This document shows, one piece after another, positions 1 through 10,332 of a DNA stretch of 64,000 nucleotides. A model generated the notes under the pieces. That model ran no database searches, was not told the DNA's origin, and was given only the letters and a program-made list of their open reading frames with translations. Location: positions 352,001 through 416,000 of the forward strand of contig CAWEJX010000008.1 of assembly GCA_963809485.1 (NCBI GenBank), in the 5' to 3' direction. Positions within the stretch are counted from its first letter, which is position 1; every line of letters begins with the position of its first letter. The position numbers were made by a program, and so were the translations under genes. This DNA is from an uncultured Acidobacteriota bacterium (GTDB lineage Bacteria > Acidobacteriota > UBA6911).

Positions 1-2
1 AC

Positions 3-233
3 CGCGACAAGTACAAATCCTCCTTGGCAAAGGACTATTATACCGGCAGGCTTTTTGACGCATCCGTTGGATATTATATATTTGGCAGCAAGGTTGTGCC
101 CGATATGGCCCCAGGTTTCATTGCATTCAGGCAACGCTCAGACGCTGAAAAATTCCGGATGGAATCCGGCGGCCAAATCATGAGCTTCGATGAATCCCTG
201 TCCGCATGGGCGGAAAGAAAGGCGCGTCATTGA
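3..233 (+). CDS. nosL: NosL-family copper-chaperone-like protein, C-terminal part (truncated by window edge)
   Basis: Frame is open from base 3. KDYYTG..DA...YIFGSKVVPDMAPGFIAF...AEKF..ESGG resembles the NosL C-terminal signature. Confidence 0.7.
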   Translation, partial: RDKYKSSLAKDYYTGRLFDASVGYYIFGSKVVPDMAPGFIAFRQRSDAEKFRMESGGQIMSFDESLSAWAERKARH

Positions 234-577
234 AAGGATCGCTGGCATCCAGCGGCTTTAAGCTGACAATTGCTGCAGCAGCAGCCGCATGTCTTGCGGC
301 TGTGCTTATTGCGCTCGATAGCAGTAAAAATGGCAATTTTTCTGATACGAGCGCAATGAGATTGTTTCAGCGCACGGTCGGTGGTCTGGGAATGGGCTCT
401 GCGGCCACTCCCGCATGGAATCTGCTTCACTATGACCCGCGCCTTCAATCTGTCGATGATTCGAATATGTGGCCCGTTGCGGGAGGCTACCCCTATAGCC
501 CATCGGCTGTGTCCACAGCAGCCGGCATCCGGGAACTGCCCCGCGAGGATCTGAAAATAATCAGGTTAGGCCCATGA
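206..577 (+). CDS. Hypothetical membrane-anchored protein
   Basis: N-terminal hydrophobic Ala/Leu helix; stop overlaps the next start (ATGA). The real start may be TTG at 230. Confidence 0.6.
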   Translation: MGGKKGASLKGSLASSGFKLTIAAAAAACLAAVLIALDSSKNGNFSDTSAMRLFQRTVGGLGMGSAATPAWNLLHYDPRLQSVDDSNMWPVAGGYPYSPSAVSTAAGIRELPREDLKIIRLGP

Positions 578-1752
578 CGATGCGGCGGCTGCCTTCCAAT
601 CTGAAGCATATCAATTTGATCCTTGCTGCCGGCGGCAATCTTGTCGGAAGATATCCGCTCCGCACCCTCGTGTTGATATTTTCTTTGGCTGCGATTCTCT
701 TCCCTTTCCTCACGGCGCTGTCAATCTCGGAAGGCATCAAGCTTCAGTCGAAGATATCCGTGGATGAGGGCGCCGATTTTTATGTTTCCGGAGACTCCGC
801 GGGAAGCGCTTCGCCGTTGCCTCTTTCCAGTGTCGATCGATTTCGAGGGATCGCCGAAATAGACCGGATCGTGCCCCGGGTTGTTGGAAGAGCTTACCTC
901 CAAGAGCGCACGGTCGCGATTGTCGGAATGCCCGGCGGGGCTGTACCCGAATCCATCCTGATTGCAGGCGGTCGGATTATCCAAAACAAGGGAGAGGTTA
1001 TAGTCGGATCCACCCTCAGCCGCCGATATGGTCTCCATCCCGGTGCGAAGTTCTATATGCCTATCAACCGATGGAAGCATTTTACGGTGGTGGGGGTCTT
1101 TTCGAGCCGCTGCTCGATCTGGAGTTCCAGCCTCATTTATATGTCCCTGGATGATGCCGGCGAACTCTTCAGAATGAAGGGGATGGCAACCGATTTTCTT
1201 ATCTATGCGAAGCCGAGGCAAAGCCCGGTGGTCAGCGTCTATCTTCAAAACGAGAATCAGAAGGATCCCCCCTTCCGAATTCAAAGCCGGGATCTGGTGA
1301 ACAGTTTTTTTCAGAAGGGATTTGAATCAAGAGCCGGTGTCTTCACCGTCTTTTACCTCGCTGCCTTCGCCCTTGCCATTCCCCTCATTTTCATTTTGAC
1401 CGGACTCGGCTGGACGGAGCGACGCAGAGAGATCGGCACGCTCAAGGCTGTCGGCTGGCAGACTCTCGATGTCATGCAGGTCGCCCTCTGGGAGAACGTC
1501 TATGTAAGTGTCCTCTCGGCCTGTTTGGCCCTCGCGGCGGCCTATGTTTGGATCCATGCATTGAACGGTTTTATGATCGCCCAGTTTTTTGTTGCCGATC
1601 CCGGGCTTATGCCCAATTTCCCCGTGCCTGCGCGCTTTGTTCCGGTTCCGGCATTTCTCGCCTTCCTATTGGCGCTTGCCCTGACTATGACCGGAAGTCT
1701 TTACAATACCTGGAGGATGGCGGCAACGCTGCCCGCCGAGACCATGCGATAA
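574..1752 (+). CDS. ABC transporter permease, MacB/FtsX family
   Basis: N-terminal TM, periplasmic domain, ERRREIGTLKAVGW motif and three C-terminal TMs. Confidence 0.9.
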   Translation: MTMRRLPSNLKHINLILAAGGNLVGRYPLRTLVLIFSLAAILFPFLTALSISEGIKLQSKISVDEGADFYVSGDSAGSASPLPLSSVDRFRGIAEIDRIVPRVVGRAYLQERTVAIVGMPGGAVPESILIAGGRIIQNKGEVIVGSTLSRRYGLHPGAKFYMPINRWKHFTVVGVFSSRCSIWSSSLIYMSLDDAGELFRMKGMATDFLIYAKPRQSPVVSVYLQNENQKDPPFRIQSRDLVNSFFQKGFESRAGVFTVFYLAAFALAIPLIFILTGLGWTERRREIGTLKAVGWQTLDVMQVALWENVYVSVLSACLALAAAYVWIHALNGFMIAQFFVADPGLMPNFPVPARFVPVPAFLAFLLALALTMTGSLYNTWRMAATLPAETMR

Positions 1753-1754
1753 CC

Positions 1755-2450
1755 ATGGGAAGAGACAACTCTGCAATGGTGAAAGCCGAGAACGTGTCCA
1801 AGACCTATCGCCTGTCAAAGCAAAACAGGGTGGAAGCCTTGCGCAATGTAACCATCAGCGTAGCCAAAGGACAAAGCGTAATCATCCGTGGTGCTTCAGG
1901 TTCGGGAAAAAGTACCCTGCTCAGGCTCCTCGGTTTCCTCGACCGCCCGTCCGCGGGCCGCATATTCCATGATGGAGAGGACGTTACAGGTTTCAGCGAG
2001 GAGGAGCTTTGCCGCATCCGAAGAGAACGGACCGGCTTTGTTTTTCAGGATTTTCGCCTGCTTCCCCGCATGGCCGCCTGGGAGAATGTCTCCGTCAGCC
2101 TTGTGCCCCTGGGAGTGCGTGAGAAGGAGCGCCTCCGGCGCGCCTCCGCGCTTCTCGACCAGCTGGGGCTTCACGATCGCATCTATCACAGGCCTGAGGA
2201 AATGAGCGGCGGAGAACAGCAGCGCCTCGCAATGGCGCGCGCCCTGATCCGCAATCCTGAACTGCTCCTGGCAGACGAACCCACCTCCAATATCGATGCG
2301 GATTCGGCCCGGAAAGCGCTTGAGATTCTTGCCGGTCTGAGATCGAAGGGCTGTACCATTATTGTGGCGACTCACGACGTGGATCTGTTCCATCCCTTTG
2401 AGGCGGACGCCGTGTATTGCCTGGCCAATGGAATGATTGAGCCCGTGTAA
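1755..2450 (+). CDS. ABC transporter ATP-binding protein (LolD/MacB-type)
   Basis: Walker A GASGSGKS, signature MSGGEQQR, Walker [10 protein letters not shown]-loop ATHD. Start moved to the in-frame ATG at 1755. Confidence 0.92.
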   Translation: MGRDNSAMVKAENVSKTYRLSKQNRVEALRNVTISVAKGQSVIIRGASGSGKSTLLRLLGFLDRPSAGRIFHDGEDVTGFSEEELCRIRRERTGFVFQDFRLLPRMAAWENVSVSLVPLGVREKERLRRASALLDQLGLHDRIYHRPEEMSGGEQQRLAMARALIRNPELLLADEPTSNIDADSARKALEILAGLRSKGCTIIVATHDVDLFHPFEADAVYCLANGMIEPV

Positions 2451-2522
2451 CAGCCGGGTTACAGGTTGCGGGTCCCAGGCCGGAAGGAACCCGTCACGGA
2501 TTGAAGCCCTGGCGCGGGAAAT

Positions 2523-3524
2523 GTGGATAGCATGATTCTCAACCCATTTGCATTGACGGCTCTTTTCGTCGGCACGATCTCTCTTGCCTTAACGGCGGCG
2601 TCCGTTTTCTCGGCGCTCTATTTCTTCCGCCAATGGAAACGATGCGAAGGCGCCGACGAGAAGGCACGCATGGAGATCCGCATCCATTTGTCCCTGTTGC
2701 TTCTCCTCACAGCCTTTCTCCTTCGACTGGCTTCCTGGCCTCTCTTCTACATTCTGCTGCAGAGCTACATTCCGATCGTTACAGGCGCCATGTGCATCTT
2801 CGGGGTAACGAGGGTGATGCCCGCATTCGTCGCATTTTTGCAGATTCTGAAACCACTCGCCTTTTTTCTGGTTGGAGGGTGGTTGATTTTTTACAGCCTT
2901 GATCTTTCGTTGAAAACCCATTTTCCTGCAAGAAAAGGCATCCGTTTCCTTACAATCGCCTCCGCAGTCACCGCGACCGATTGCGCGGCAGAGCTTCTTT
3001 TTGTATTTTTATTCACGCCTCCGGGTGTGGCCGTCTCCTGCTGCACAGCCCTTGCGGATCTCGTCATACCTGCGACGCCCCTCCTTCCAAGAGCCCTCTT
3101 CAGCTCTCAATATCACCAAACCCTCATTGCCGCGTATCACGGCAGCCATTTGGCCTTGCTGGGGCTTCTGGGCGCTTTGATATGGAGGAAAGGCGCGAAG
3201 CGTCCTCTATTGACGCTGCTGGCCTTCCTGGGGTTGATAAACGGCGCAATTTCCTATGGCGCATTCAAGGAGTATCTGGGTCCCCGTCTCATGCATCTTC
3301 CCGATCATCACTGCCTTTATTGCCTGCTTCAGTACCGGCCTGTTTCAATCGCTATTCTCGGCCTACTTATCCTGGGGTCCTTCCTGGCCATGTGGCCTCG
3401 GTTGCTATGGCACTTCGCGACCGATGAAGCGCGGGAAAAGCTAAGCCTTCTCGTCACGAGTCTTCTTAAATATTCTGCCGGATGCATTCTTGTTTCGTGG
3501 CTGATAACAACGATTCTTTCATAG
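2523..3524 (+). CDS. Polytopic membrane protein with Cys/His motifs
   Basis: About 8 hydrophobic segments; GAMC, SCC and HHCLYC motifs. Confidence 0.75.
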   Translation: MDSMILNPFALTALFVGTISLALTAASVFSALYFFRQWKRCEGADEKARMEIRIHLSLLLLLTAFLLRLASWPLFYILLQSYIPIVTGAMCIFGVTRVMPAFVAFLQILKPLAFFLVGGWLIFYSLDLSLKTHFPARKGIRFLTIASAVTATDCAAELLFVFLFTPPGVAVSCCTALADLVIPATPLLPRALFSSQYHQTLIAAYHGSHLALLGLLGALIWRKGAKRPLLTLLAFLGLINGAISYGAFKEYLGPRLMHLPDHHCLYCLLQYRPVSIAILGLLILGSFLAMWPRLLWHFATDEAREKLSLLVTSLLKYSAGCILVSWLITTILS

Positions 3525-3580
3525 CCAGCGTGTTCCGCAGAGTTTAATTCAGAGACCAGGCAGGAGCTTTTATCGGCAGA

Positions 3581-4813
3581 TTACGGGATAACGACTGCCG
3601 GCAGCTCAGTTTCGGCTGTCGACTGCCGTATATTGATCTTTCGGGAAGAGATAAAGTTGAGCAGCGCGACCACGGCGCCGCCCAGGAAAACATATTTATA
3701 TCCGCCGGGCCCGCTCCTGGACCAGGCCAGTCCGCCAAGGATGGGGAGGAAAATCGTAACCATATGGTCAACGCTTGTTCCCAGCGAGAGGCTGGGAGAG
3801 ACATCCTCGGGTCTGAGGGCGATCTTCCTCATGTAAGTAGTGCGGGCCATATAAACGGAGTCGAGCGTAAAATCCGTAACATAGCAGATGTAGATCACCA
3901 GAATTGCTATGGATGGACGGAATAAATCTTCTGCAAAGGCGTAGCCGAGACATGTGAGGAAAAAAAGGAATGCTTCCGTGCTCAGGACGACTTTCTCTCC
4001 AACCTTGTCGATGAGATGCCCCACCCATGGTTTTACGAATATCCCGATCACGGCAACGATGAAAAAGAGCAGCGACATGGTGGCAACCGGCTGCCGGAAC
4101 ACCTCGACCAAAACCCAGGGTCCGAACGTGATGAAAATCTGTTTGCGGGCGCCGTACAGCATGCACAGCCAATAGTACAGACCATACTCTTTCCGGAAGA
4201 TGAATCGCTTCCTGACATGCACGGTCTGAGTCGGCTTAATGAAGAACATTAGAATCGCCGCTATCACAAAGGCAGTAGCGCCGATCGTAAAGGCCGTGGA
4301 AAAGCTGATATGCGCAAATTTGTATAGCGCCCACAGGGTTGCGGAGCTCAGAACGACGGCGATGTTGCCGACGGAACTCAGTTTTCCCAGTACCTTCCCC
4401 ATCTCGCCGGGCCTGGCAAAACTCATTCCGATGCTTCCGCTCAAGGGCATAAAAATGTGCTGGCCCATGCTGTATATGAAAACGACGAGGATGACGATTG
4501 TGTAATGAGGCGGAATGATTCCGAGGGAAAACATGCCGATGGCGGCCAGCAGGTTTGCCACGACGGAAATGCGTACATCCCCGCCCAGAAACGACAGGGC
4601 GCCGATCACGAGGAACACGAGCAGACCGGGTATTTCCCTGGGGAATTCCAGAGCCGAGCGCTGCAAAATCATCATGCCGATATGTTCTTTGAGATAATTC
4701 GTAATCGTGGAGCCGTCCACGCTCTGAGCGATTCCCAGGAAAACGCCCGCAATCAGGAACAGGCGAAAATCCTTTTCAGCTCCCCCCACCACTCCCTTAA
4801 TCGACTTCATCAT
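3581..4813 (-). CDS. MFS transporter
   Basis: About 12 TM segments and an MFS-like loop GHLIDKVGEK. Start placed at ATG 4813. Confidence 0.85.
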   Translation of the reverse strand: MMKSIKGVVGGAEKDFRLFLIAGVFLGIAQSVDGSTITNYLKEHIGMMILQRSALEFPREIPGLLVFLVIGALSFLGGDVRISVVANLLAAIGMFSLGIIPPHYTIVILVVFIYSMGQHIFMPLSGSIGMSFARPGEMGKVLGKLSSVGNIAVVLSSATLWALYKFAHISFSTAFTIGATAFVIAAILMFFIKPTQTVHVRKRFIFRKEYGLYYWLCMLYGARKQIFITFGPWVLVEVFRQPVATMSLLFFIVAVIGIFVKPWVGHLIDKVGEKVVLSTEAFLFFLTCLGYAFAEDLFRPSIAILVIYICYVTDFTLDSVYMARTTYMRKIALRPEDVSPSLSLGTSVDHMVTIFLPILGGLAWSRSGPGGYKYVFLGGAVVALLNFISSRKINIRQSTAETELPAVVIP

Positions 4814-4946
4814 GCCCGGACACTCCCGCCGACGTGATTCCATACGCAAATTGAACGCAACCCCGGCCTTATAGGGCATCGCCCGCATCCGACGCAAGCA
4901 GAAAATGCTCGGACAGGCTACGCAATATTTCTCCCTAATTGGTTTT

Positions 4947-5234
4947 TGTTGCGAAACTCGGGTTTTGCGAAAAAGCCAAATTTTTCAACCGTCAATAGGA
5001 TATTTGATATTACATAGAAGCCGATAATTGGAGTCAGGCCGCGTAGCGGCCAGCTGAATTTAGCCAGGCCTTTTAAGGCCTGGATCGAAAGGAGTTAAGT
5101 TTTCCGTCGCGTAGCGACGGCTGAATCTCAGGCGTCGCTACGCGACGCGCTGCTCGCTGTACCATGGTTCCCGGCCTTGAAAGGCCGGGCTAAAATCATA
5201 GTGCCGCTACGCGGCACAAACCAGTTTCGCGACA
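4947..5234. repeat. 288-bp MITE/REP-like element, copy 1
   Basis: Near-identical to 24611..24898. Terminal inverted repeat TGT(T/C)GCGAAACT...AGTTTCGCGACA; several internal palindromes. Confidence 0.9.
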
Positions 5235-5557
5235 GTCCTCCATGCGCCCGGGGCGCACCCAAGTGCATGAAAATCGGCTTCGCCGACGCTCAGTTGGGTG
5301 AATGAATGGTGTAATTGATTCATCGCGGCCGCTATTTTCGGAGCAGAAACCAATTGCCTGATCCAGACCCCTCCTGAATTTGTATTTCATGAGGACGGCT
5401 CTCCAGATCCGTCGGACGCAGGGATAGCGGATTAAAAGCTTAGCCAGACGGGTCTCTATGCTCTTGTTTGCTGTCCAAACAAGAGGGAAAAGACATGCTC
5501 GGCCATTTGTCGAACGGATGCCGCCCTGCCGGCTGAGCCGGCGGATCTCCCGCTATA

Positions 5558-6271
5558 TCAGTTCAGGAACTTCGCGTAACCCGATATCATGATGGGATCA
5601 AAGCCCTGACCCATAACACAGCCGACCGTCATCATGTGGTCATAGTCCTGAAGCATAATAACGCGGTTTGTGAAGAATGGGGCGCAAACGCCCTGATGGA
5701 CGCGGCCCTTAATATCGACGAGGTAAATGGGACCTTTGATACTGGTTGCCTGGCAGGGCTGTTCAAAGGGCTCATTTTCTCTAGGCGACCAGGCCACGCG
5801 GCACTTGCCCGCCTCAAAGAAGTCCTGTGCCGTAAAACGGCCGCAGCCCAAAATCCAGGCCACATTGGTCCCGACCATAGCGTCGCCGGCGGAGCCATGG
5901 AGGGCCTGCGAACCGTCGGTCTTTGACTTTTGATCCGGGTCCCCGATGGCGCCATGGACATAATCATCGCCAAGAACCAGCGTTACGAGGGACTGCTCAA
6001 GTTCCATGACCGCAACATTGAGGCCGAAACGGACAAAATAGGTATTCAGCTCCAGTTTCAGGCACTCGTAGGCATATTCCTTGCCCTCGAATACGGCATT
6101 CTTTTTACACTTGAACGCCAGCTTATATTCCTTGTCCCCTGCGATAAGGGTGAAATCCTTGCCCGCGAGTTCGTAGTTATGCGCGAATCTGTACTGGCCG
6201 ATGCCATGCTTCTCGCCGGAGTTGGCAAGATTCTTTATATATACGCCGCCATCGTCATAAACGTAATTCAT
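5558..6271 (-). CDS. MoaF-like domain protein
   Basis: ELAGKDFTL...YECLKL...MVGTNVAW...MLQDYDHMMTVG; clear paralog of the adjacent gene. Confidence 0.6.
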   Translation of the reverse strand: MNYVYDDGGVYIKNLANSGEKHGIGQYRFAHNYELAGKDFTLIAGDKEYKLAFKCKKNAVFEGKEYAYECLKLELNTYFVRFGLNVAVMELEQSLVTLVLGDDYVHGAIGDPDQKSKTDGSQALHGSAGDAMVGTNVAWILGCGRFTAQDFFEAGKCRVAWSPRENEPFEQPCQATSIKGPIYLVDIKGRVHQGVCAPFFTNRVIMLQDYDHMMTVGCVMGQGFDPIMISGYAKFLN

Positions 6272-6308
6272 TTATGGTTGCTCCTTTCTTTTCGATGAGA
6301 TCGACCGC

Positions 6309-7181
6309 TCAGACTGTGTATGGATTCTCGGCGTTCAGGAACTCGTCATTGAGCTTCACAGGGTTGCCAAATGCGCCGAACAGTGTGCGGCAAGGCCCTA
6401 GGACGCCGTCCCTCTGGATGGTGCCGAAAGTACGGCCGACATGATACATGCGGTCGTAGTTCTGCAGGAAATTCATGTTGTTTGAGCGGAACAGGCACTT
6501 GTCGCCGACGATGCGCTCCATCATCTCCTCTGTGAGACTGAAGAGGTACATATTCTCTTTGATCTTGATGTACTGGGCGACCTCGTCCGAGGCGGGCATC
6601 AACTCAAAGGGATCGCCGATTTTTTCAACGGCAGTGCTGATCCTGGGCCAGGTGATACGGTAATAAGAGGTGCAATAATAGTCATGCTGGGTAAACATTG
6701 AGGTGTTCCAGTGCCACTCAACCCTGGTGCCGACCATCTGGGTGGTGAAGCAGTGGCGTTTCATGGGCAACTCCATCCCCTCGACCTCGATGGCGCCGAA
6801 GTCGTACTCGCTTTTGACGAGATAGGGGAGCTTTGGATTGCCTCCCATGGAGCAAACTGCCCTCGTGACGAGGCGCTGCTCCAGATCAATAATGAAAAAA
6901 TGGTTCACCTTGTTTGGCTTGTCAAGGAACTCCACAAGATCGTAGTCCACGAGGTATGTCGTGTCGTCGCCCTTGAGGCACTCGTATCTGGCTGCTTTCG
7001 GCTTATCGCCGGCAATATTCCATTCGCAGGCATCTTTGCCGGTGAATTTCAGTTCGAAATCATAACCGTTGTCCATAATGAAGCGAAAACTCCTACCTTC
7101 CAGCTCAGAGCAGTGGGGCTGCGTGAACTGATCGATGGCATAATCCCTGCGTGGATAGTTTTTGAGATTCAATTTGCTCAC
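6309..7181 (-). CDS. MoaF-like domain protein
   Basis: ELEGRSF...YECLKGDDTTYLVD...MVGTRVEW...YIKIKENMYLF...FLQNYDRMYHVGRTFG. GGAGG spacing favours a TTG start at 7172. Confidence 0.65.
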   Translation of the reverse strand: MSKLNLKNYPRRDYAIDQFTQPHCSELEGRSFRFIMDNGYDFELKFTGKDACEWNIAGDKPKAARYECLKGDDTTYLVDYDLVEFLDKPNKVNHFFIIDLEQRLVTRAVCSMGGNPKLPYLVKSEYDFGAIEVEGMELPMKRHCFTTQMVGTRVEWHWNTSMFTQHDYYCTSYYRITWPRISTAVEKIGDPFELMPASDEVAQYIKIKENMYLFSLTEEMMERIVGDKCLFRSNNMNFLQNYDRMYHVGRTFGTIQRDGVLGPCRTLFGAFGNPVKLNDEFLNAENPYTV

Positions 7182-7700
7182 CTCCCGTTCATAAAATATT
7201 CAAGCGATTCCAGCAATACATTCGTTTCGCCGGCAATTTCTGGCTGATAGGCATAATCAGCCGCCCTCCAGGGGATGGCCAGGATGGACAAGCTGTCTTT
7301 TTGCATGGCCAACACGCCGCCGGAAAACCTTTCCCAATCTTGACGCTCATGCCACTCAGTGCCTGCCGCCGCCCGCATGTGGTATTTCATGCATGTACCG
7401 TTGTGAATTGCCAAAATATGCTTCCTATGGAATGCACGATATGAGCGCTGGAAATCCCATTAAGCCGTTGATTTCGACACTGATTGCAATTTTATCCCAT
7501 ATTGGGACAATATATCCTGGAATTTTTACAGGTCTGAACTTATCAGCCGGATTTTGGACTCAACGGAGGAAAGTCATAATTCCATGCATGCTGAACTGGG
7601 AAATTAGTTAGCCTGATCCTGGATTTGGACACTATGGGGCTGTTTAAGACATAATTCTCTAATGGGGACTTCAAAACTAATTATCATGGAGGAATCGCGC

Positions 7701-9419
7701 ATGAAATTGCGTATCGCGGTCCTTGCAGTTTTGTGCATAGGCCTTGTTTGCAGTGTTTCAATGCAGAGCAATCAGACCTATGCGCAAGGGAAGAAATCAG
7801 CCTCGGCCAATGGACCGGTGGTCATGCCGAAAATAACGGTGCTCAATCCGATGGGAACGCCGCCGCCGATCACGTTGATCCCTCAGGCGCCGCGCCCGAA
7901 CACGCTGGACGGCAAGACTCTCTACTTTATTAATACCGGCTATATAGGGACCGATCGTCTTATGGCAGTAATGTCCGATTGGTTTAAGGCCAACTATCCC
8001 AAAACCAACATCGTATATAAAGACTATAAAAGCGGGGCCGGATTGGCCGAGCTGAGCAAAGAATTGTGGGCTGAGGTTGCTGAAAAAGGAGACGCCGCAA
8101 TCGTCGGGCTGGGCCATTGAAGTCTCTGTGCGCCAGCGGCGGTTCGCCTCTCTTTTGATATCGAATCCAAAATGAAAAAGCCCGCAGTGCCCCTCATCCT
8201 GACCGATTTTGAAAAACAGGAAAAAGAGGTGGCTTATAACCTCGGAATGCCCAATCTGCGGATCCAATTTTTCCGCGGCCCGGTCTGGGGTAAAACGAAC
8301 GAGCAACTCAAGAAGCAGATTGTGGAAGGAAACAATCCGATTACGGGGAAACCGGTGATGCCGGAGCTGGTGGAAAAACTGACCAAACCCCTGACGGCTG
8401 AAGAACAAAAAACCGGAGAAGTGAAGCAGAATCTGGGACCGAAGACTTATACAGGAACGCCCGACGAACTCCAGAAGTTATTTCTCGAAAAAAGATACAC
8501 GGACTTCCTGCCCGTGGTATTGCCCACCGAAGATAAAGTCGCCGAAATGCTGAAGTTCACCAGCCACGAACCCACCAAGGTGCTCGGCAAAATGAATCCC
8601 GGGTCCGAGGCCGGCGAAAGCTGGACCTATACGGTAAAGGATGCAGCCGTGAGCGCAGTCATGGCGGGCGCCAAACCGGAATATTTCCCGGTCATTCTGG
8701 CATTGGGCTCAACCGGCATGACGGCCGTCAACGTTTCCGATAACGGCTTCATGGCGGGTGCCGTAATCAATGGCAAGATCCGCGACGAAATCGGGCTTAA
8801 TTACGAAGAGGGCGCCGTAGGCCCCTATGCCCACGCCAATACGACCATTGGCAGAGCCTGGAGCCTGCTGTCCATCAATGGCGGAAACTGCGGCAAAGTC
8901 GGAACAACCTATATGGGCACGATCGGAAATCCAATGAACCTGATCGGGATCATCATGGCCGAAAATGAAGGGAAATCTCCCTTCAAGCCGCTGTCTGTGA
9001 GGCGCGGATTTAAAGAAGGTGAAAACATCGTCACTCTATTCATGGGATGGGGCATTCTTTCCGCCAAGAACTGGGCCGCAACTATTTGGGGGCCCAACAT
9101 GAACTATCCCGAGATTATCAAGGAGATCTACAGTACGCAGGACGGACACTTGTTTGGAACTTGCGCCGTTCTGAGTCCGCCGATCGCCAATTTCGTCAAG
9201 GACGCCGGATACGATACCGTGGAAAAGTTTACGGAATGGGTAACGGGCCAGCCGATTGGAGCCAAGCCCGCCGCTCCCCGCGGAGCGGAGATCAACATGG
9301 GCGTTCGCAAAGCCGGAGGGATGTTCACCGTCATCGTCACCGGCGGATCCAACAACAACTACTTCAGCATGGGCGGCATGGTGCCGGCCCAGTCAGTCCA
9401 GATTGATAAGTGGCGGTAG
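7701..9419 (+). CDS. UGSC-family-like secreted selenoprotein (572 aa, Sec140 at TGA 8118..8120, motif GH-U-SLC)
   Basis: ORFs 7662..8120 and 8172..9419 are in frame and joined by 17 sense codons (SLCAPAAVRLSFDIESK). UxxC motif; hairpin after the UGA; GGAGG RBS and signal peptide; full-length paralog at 30287..31942. Confidence 0.85.
8138..8148 (+). promoter_or_regulatory. Putative bacterial SECIS apical hairpin
   Basis: GGCG-GTT-CGCC, with the loop 22-24 nt after the UGA. Same G-GTT-C apex as in the paralog. Confidence 0.55.
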
Positions 9420-9650
9420 TTAACATTGGGAAATAAGGGACAGGCGGGGCAATGAAAAAGGCAGTTCCTGCCTGCGACGATTTCGAACGTTGCCCAGCCT
9501 GTCTCCTTATATCCCAACTCCATTACAGGGGGCATGGTCGACGCGACGGAATCCTCTTCCCTCCTTCGGATCCGTCCTGGAAAGGTCTGGGAGAAATTCA
9601 GTTTGACGCTACGCGGCAGCGAAAATCCTATTGCGTGACTTGCATGCTCA

Positions 9651-10332
9651 TCAGGGCGCCTGCCATACCACGGTGTCATCTTTTCCCAGGAACGTCAGCG
9701 ATGCGGCCGACCTGGCGAGGCCCTTACTTTTGCCCGAAGTTTTCCCTTGATCCGTATGGCCCAGAATAGCTTTGTATTTATCCTCATCCCTTATTTTCAT
9801 CGAACTGGAAGTCAGCAGTGTATCGGCTTCCCCTTTCTGCAGGAAAATATGTTCCGGACGCATGGACAACATCGATCTGTCATTCATTAAGGCAAGGATT
9901 GACTCATCGAGCATTGACCCCATGAGCCCCGCCGCGTTCTTAAAGGCGATCGAGGCTCCTATTTCGCGCACCACAAGGTCAAACCGTTGCACGCCGTCCC
10001 TGCTGCATATTATTCCTTCCGGCCTGATCACGGTAGAATACCTGCCGCCCAAAGAAAATTCGGATGCGGCAATTGTGGCCTTTTCAGCCTCACGCCCCGA
10101 TTTGGCGCTGAAGATAAGCGACTGGGGAGTGAGTTTGGCGCTCATATCTCCATCGCTCAATACTATTTCCCGCGCTTCTATCCGTTCCATTCTGCTTTCG
10201 GTTTTTTGCGGGAAGGACATATCCCATCGTTAAAAGTGCCCCCAGGCACAGGCACAGGCCCGACAGTGTCACCCTCATTCGCTTGTTTTGCCTCTCGAGG
10301 TTCTCGATTCTTTTAAGCAATTGATCGGTCAT
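9651..10332 (-). pseudogene. Hypothetical protein split by one frameshift near 10210
   Basis: MTDQLLKRIENLERQNKR plus a TM helix in one frame continues as ...RIEAREIVL...KDDTVVWQAP in another. GGAGG precedes ATG 10332. Confidence 0.6.

Noticed and set aside
3-2450. Nitrous oxide reductase (nos) operon
   Set aside because: No nosZ, nosD or nosY in the window, and the permease is MacB/FtsX-type.
4947-5234. CRISPR array or tRNA in the palindrome-rich repeat
   Set aside because: No regularly spaced repeats with unique spacers, no cas genes and no cloverleaf motifs.
7662-9419. Reading the UGA-split loci as two separate genes, nonsense pseudogenes or UGA=Trp/Gly recoding
   Set aside because: The UGA is at the same UxxC position in two diverged paralogs, both followed by hairpins, while TGA ends many other genes in the window normally.
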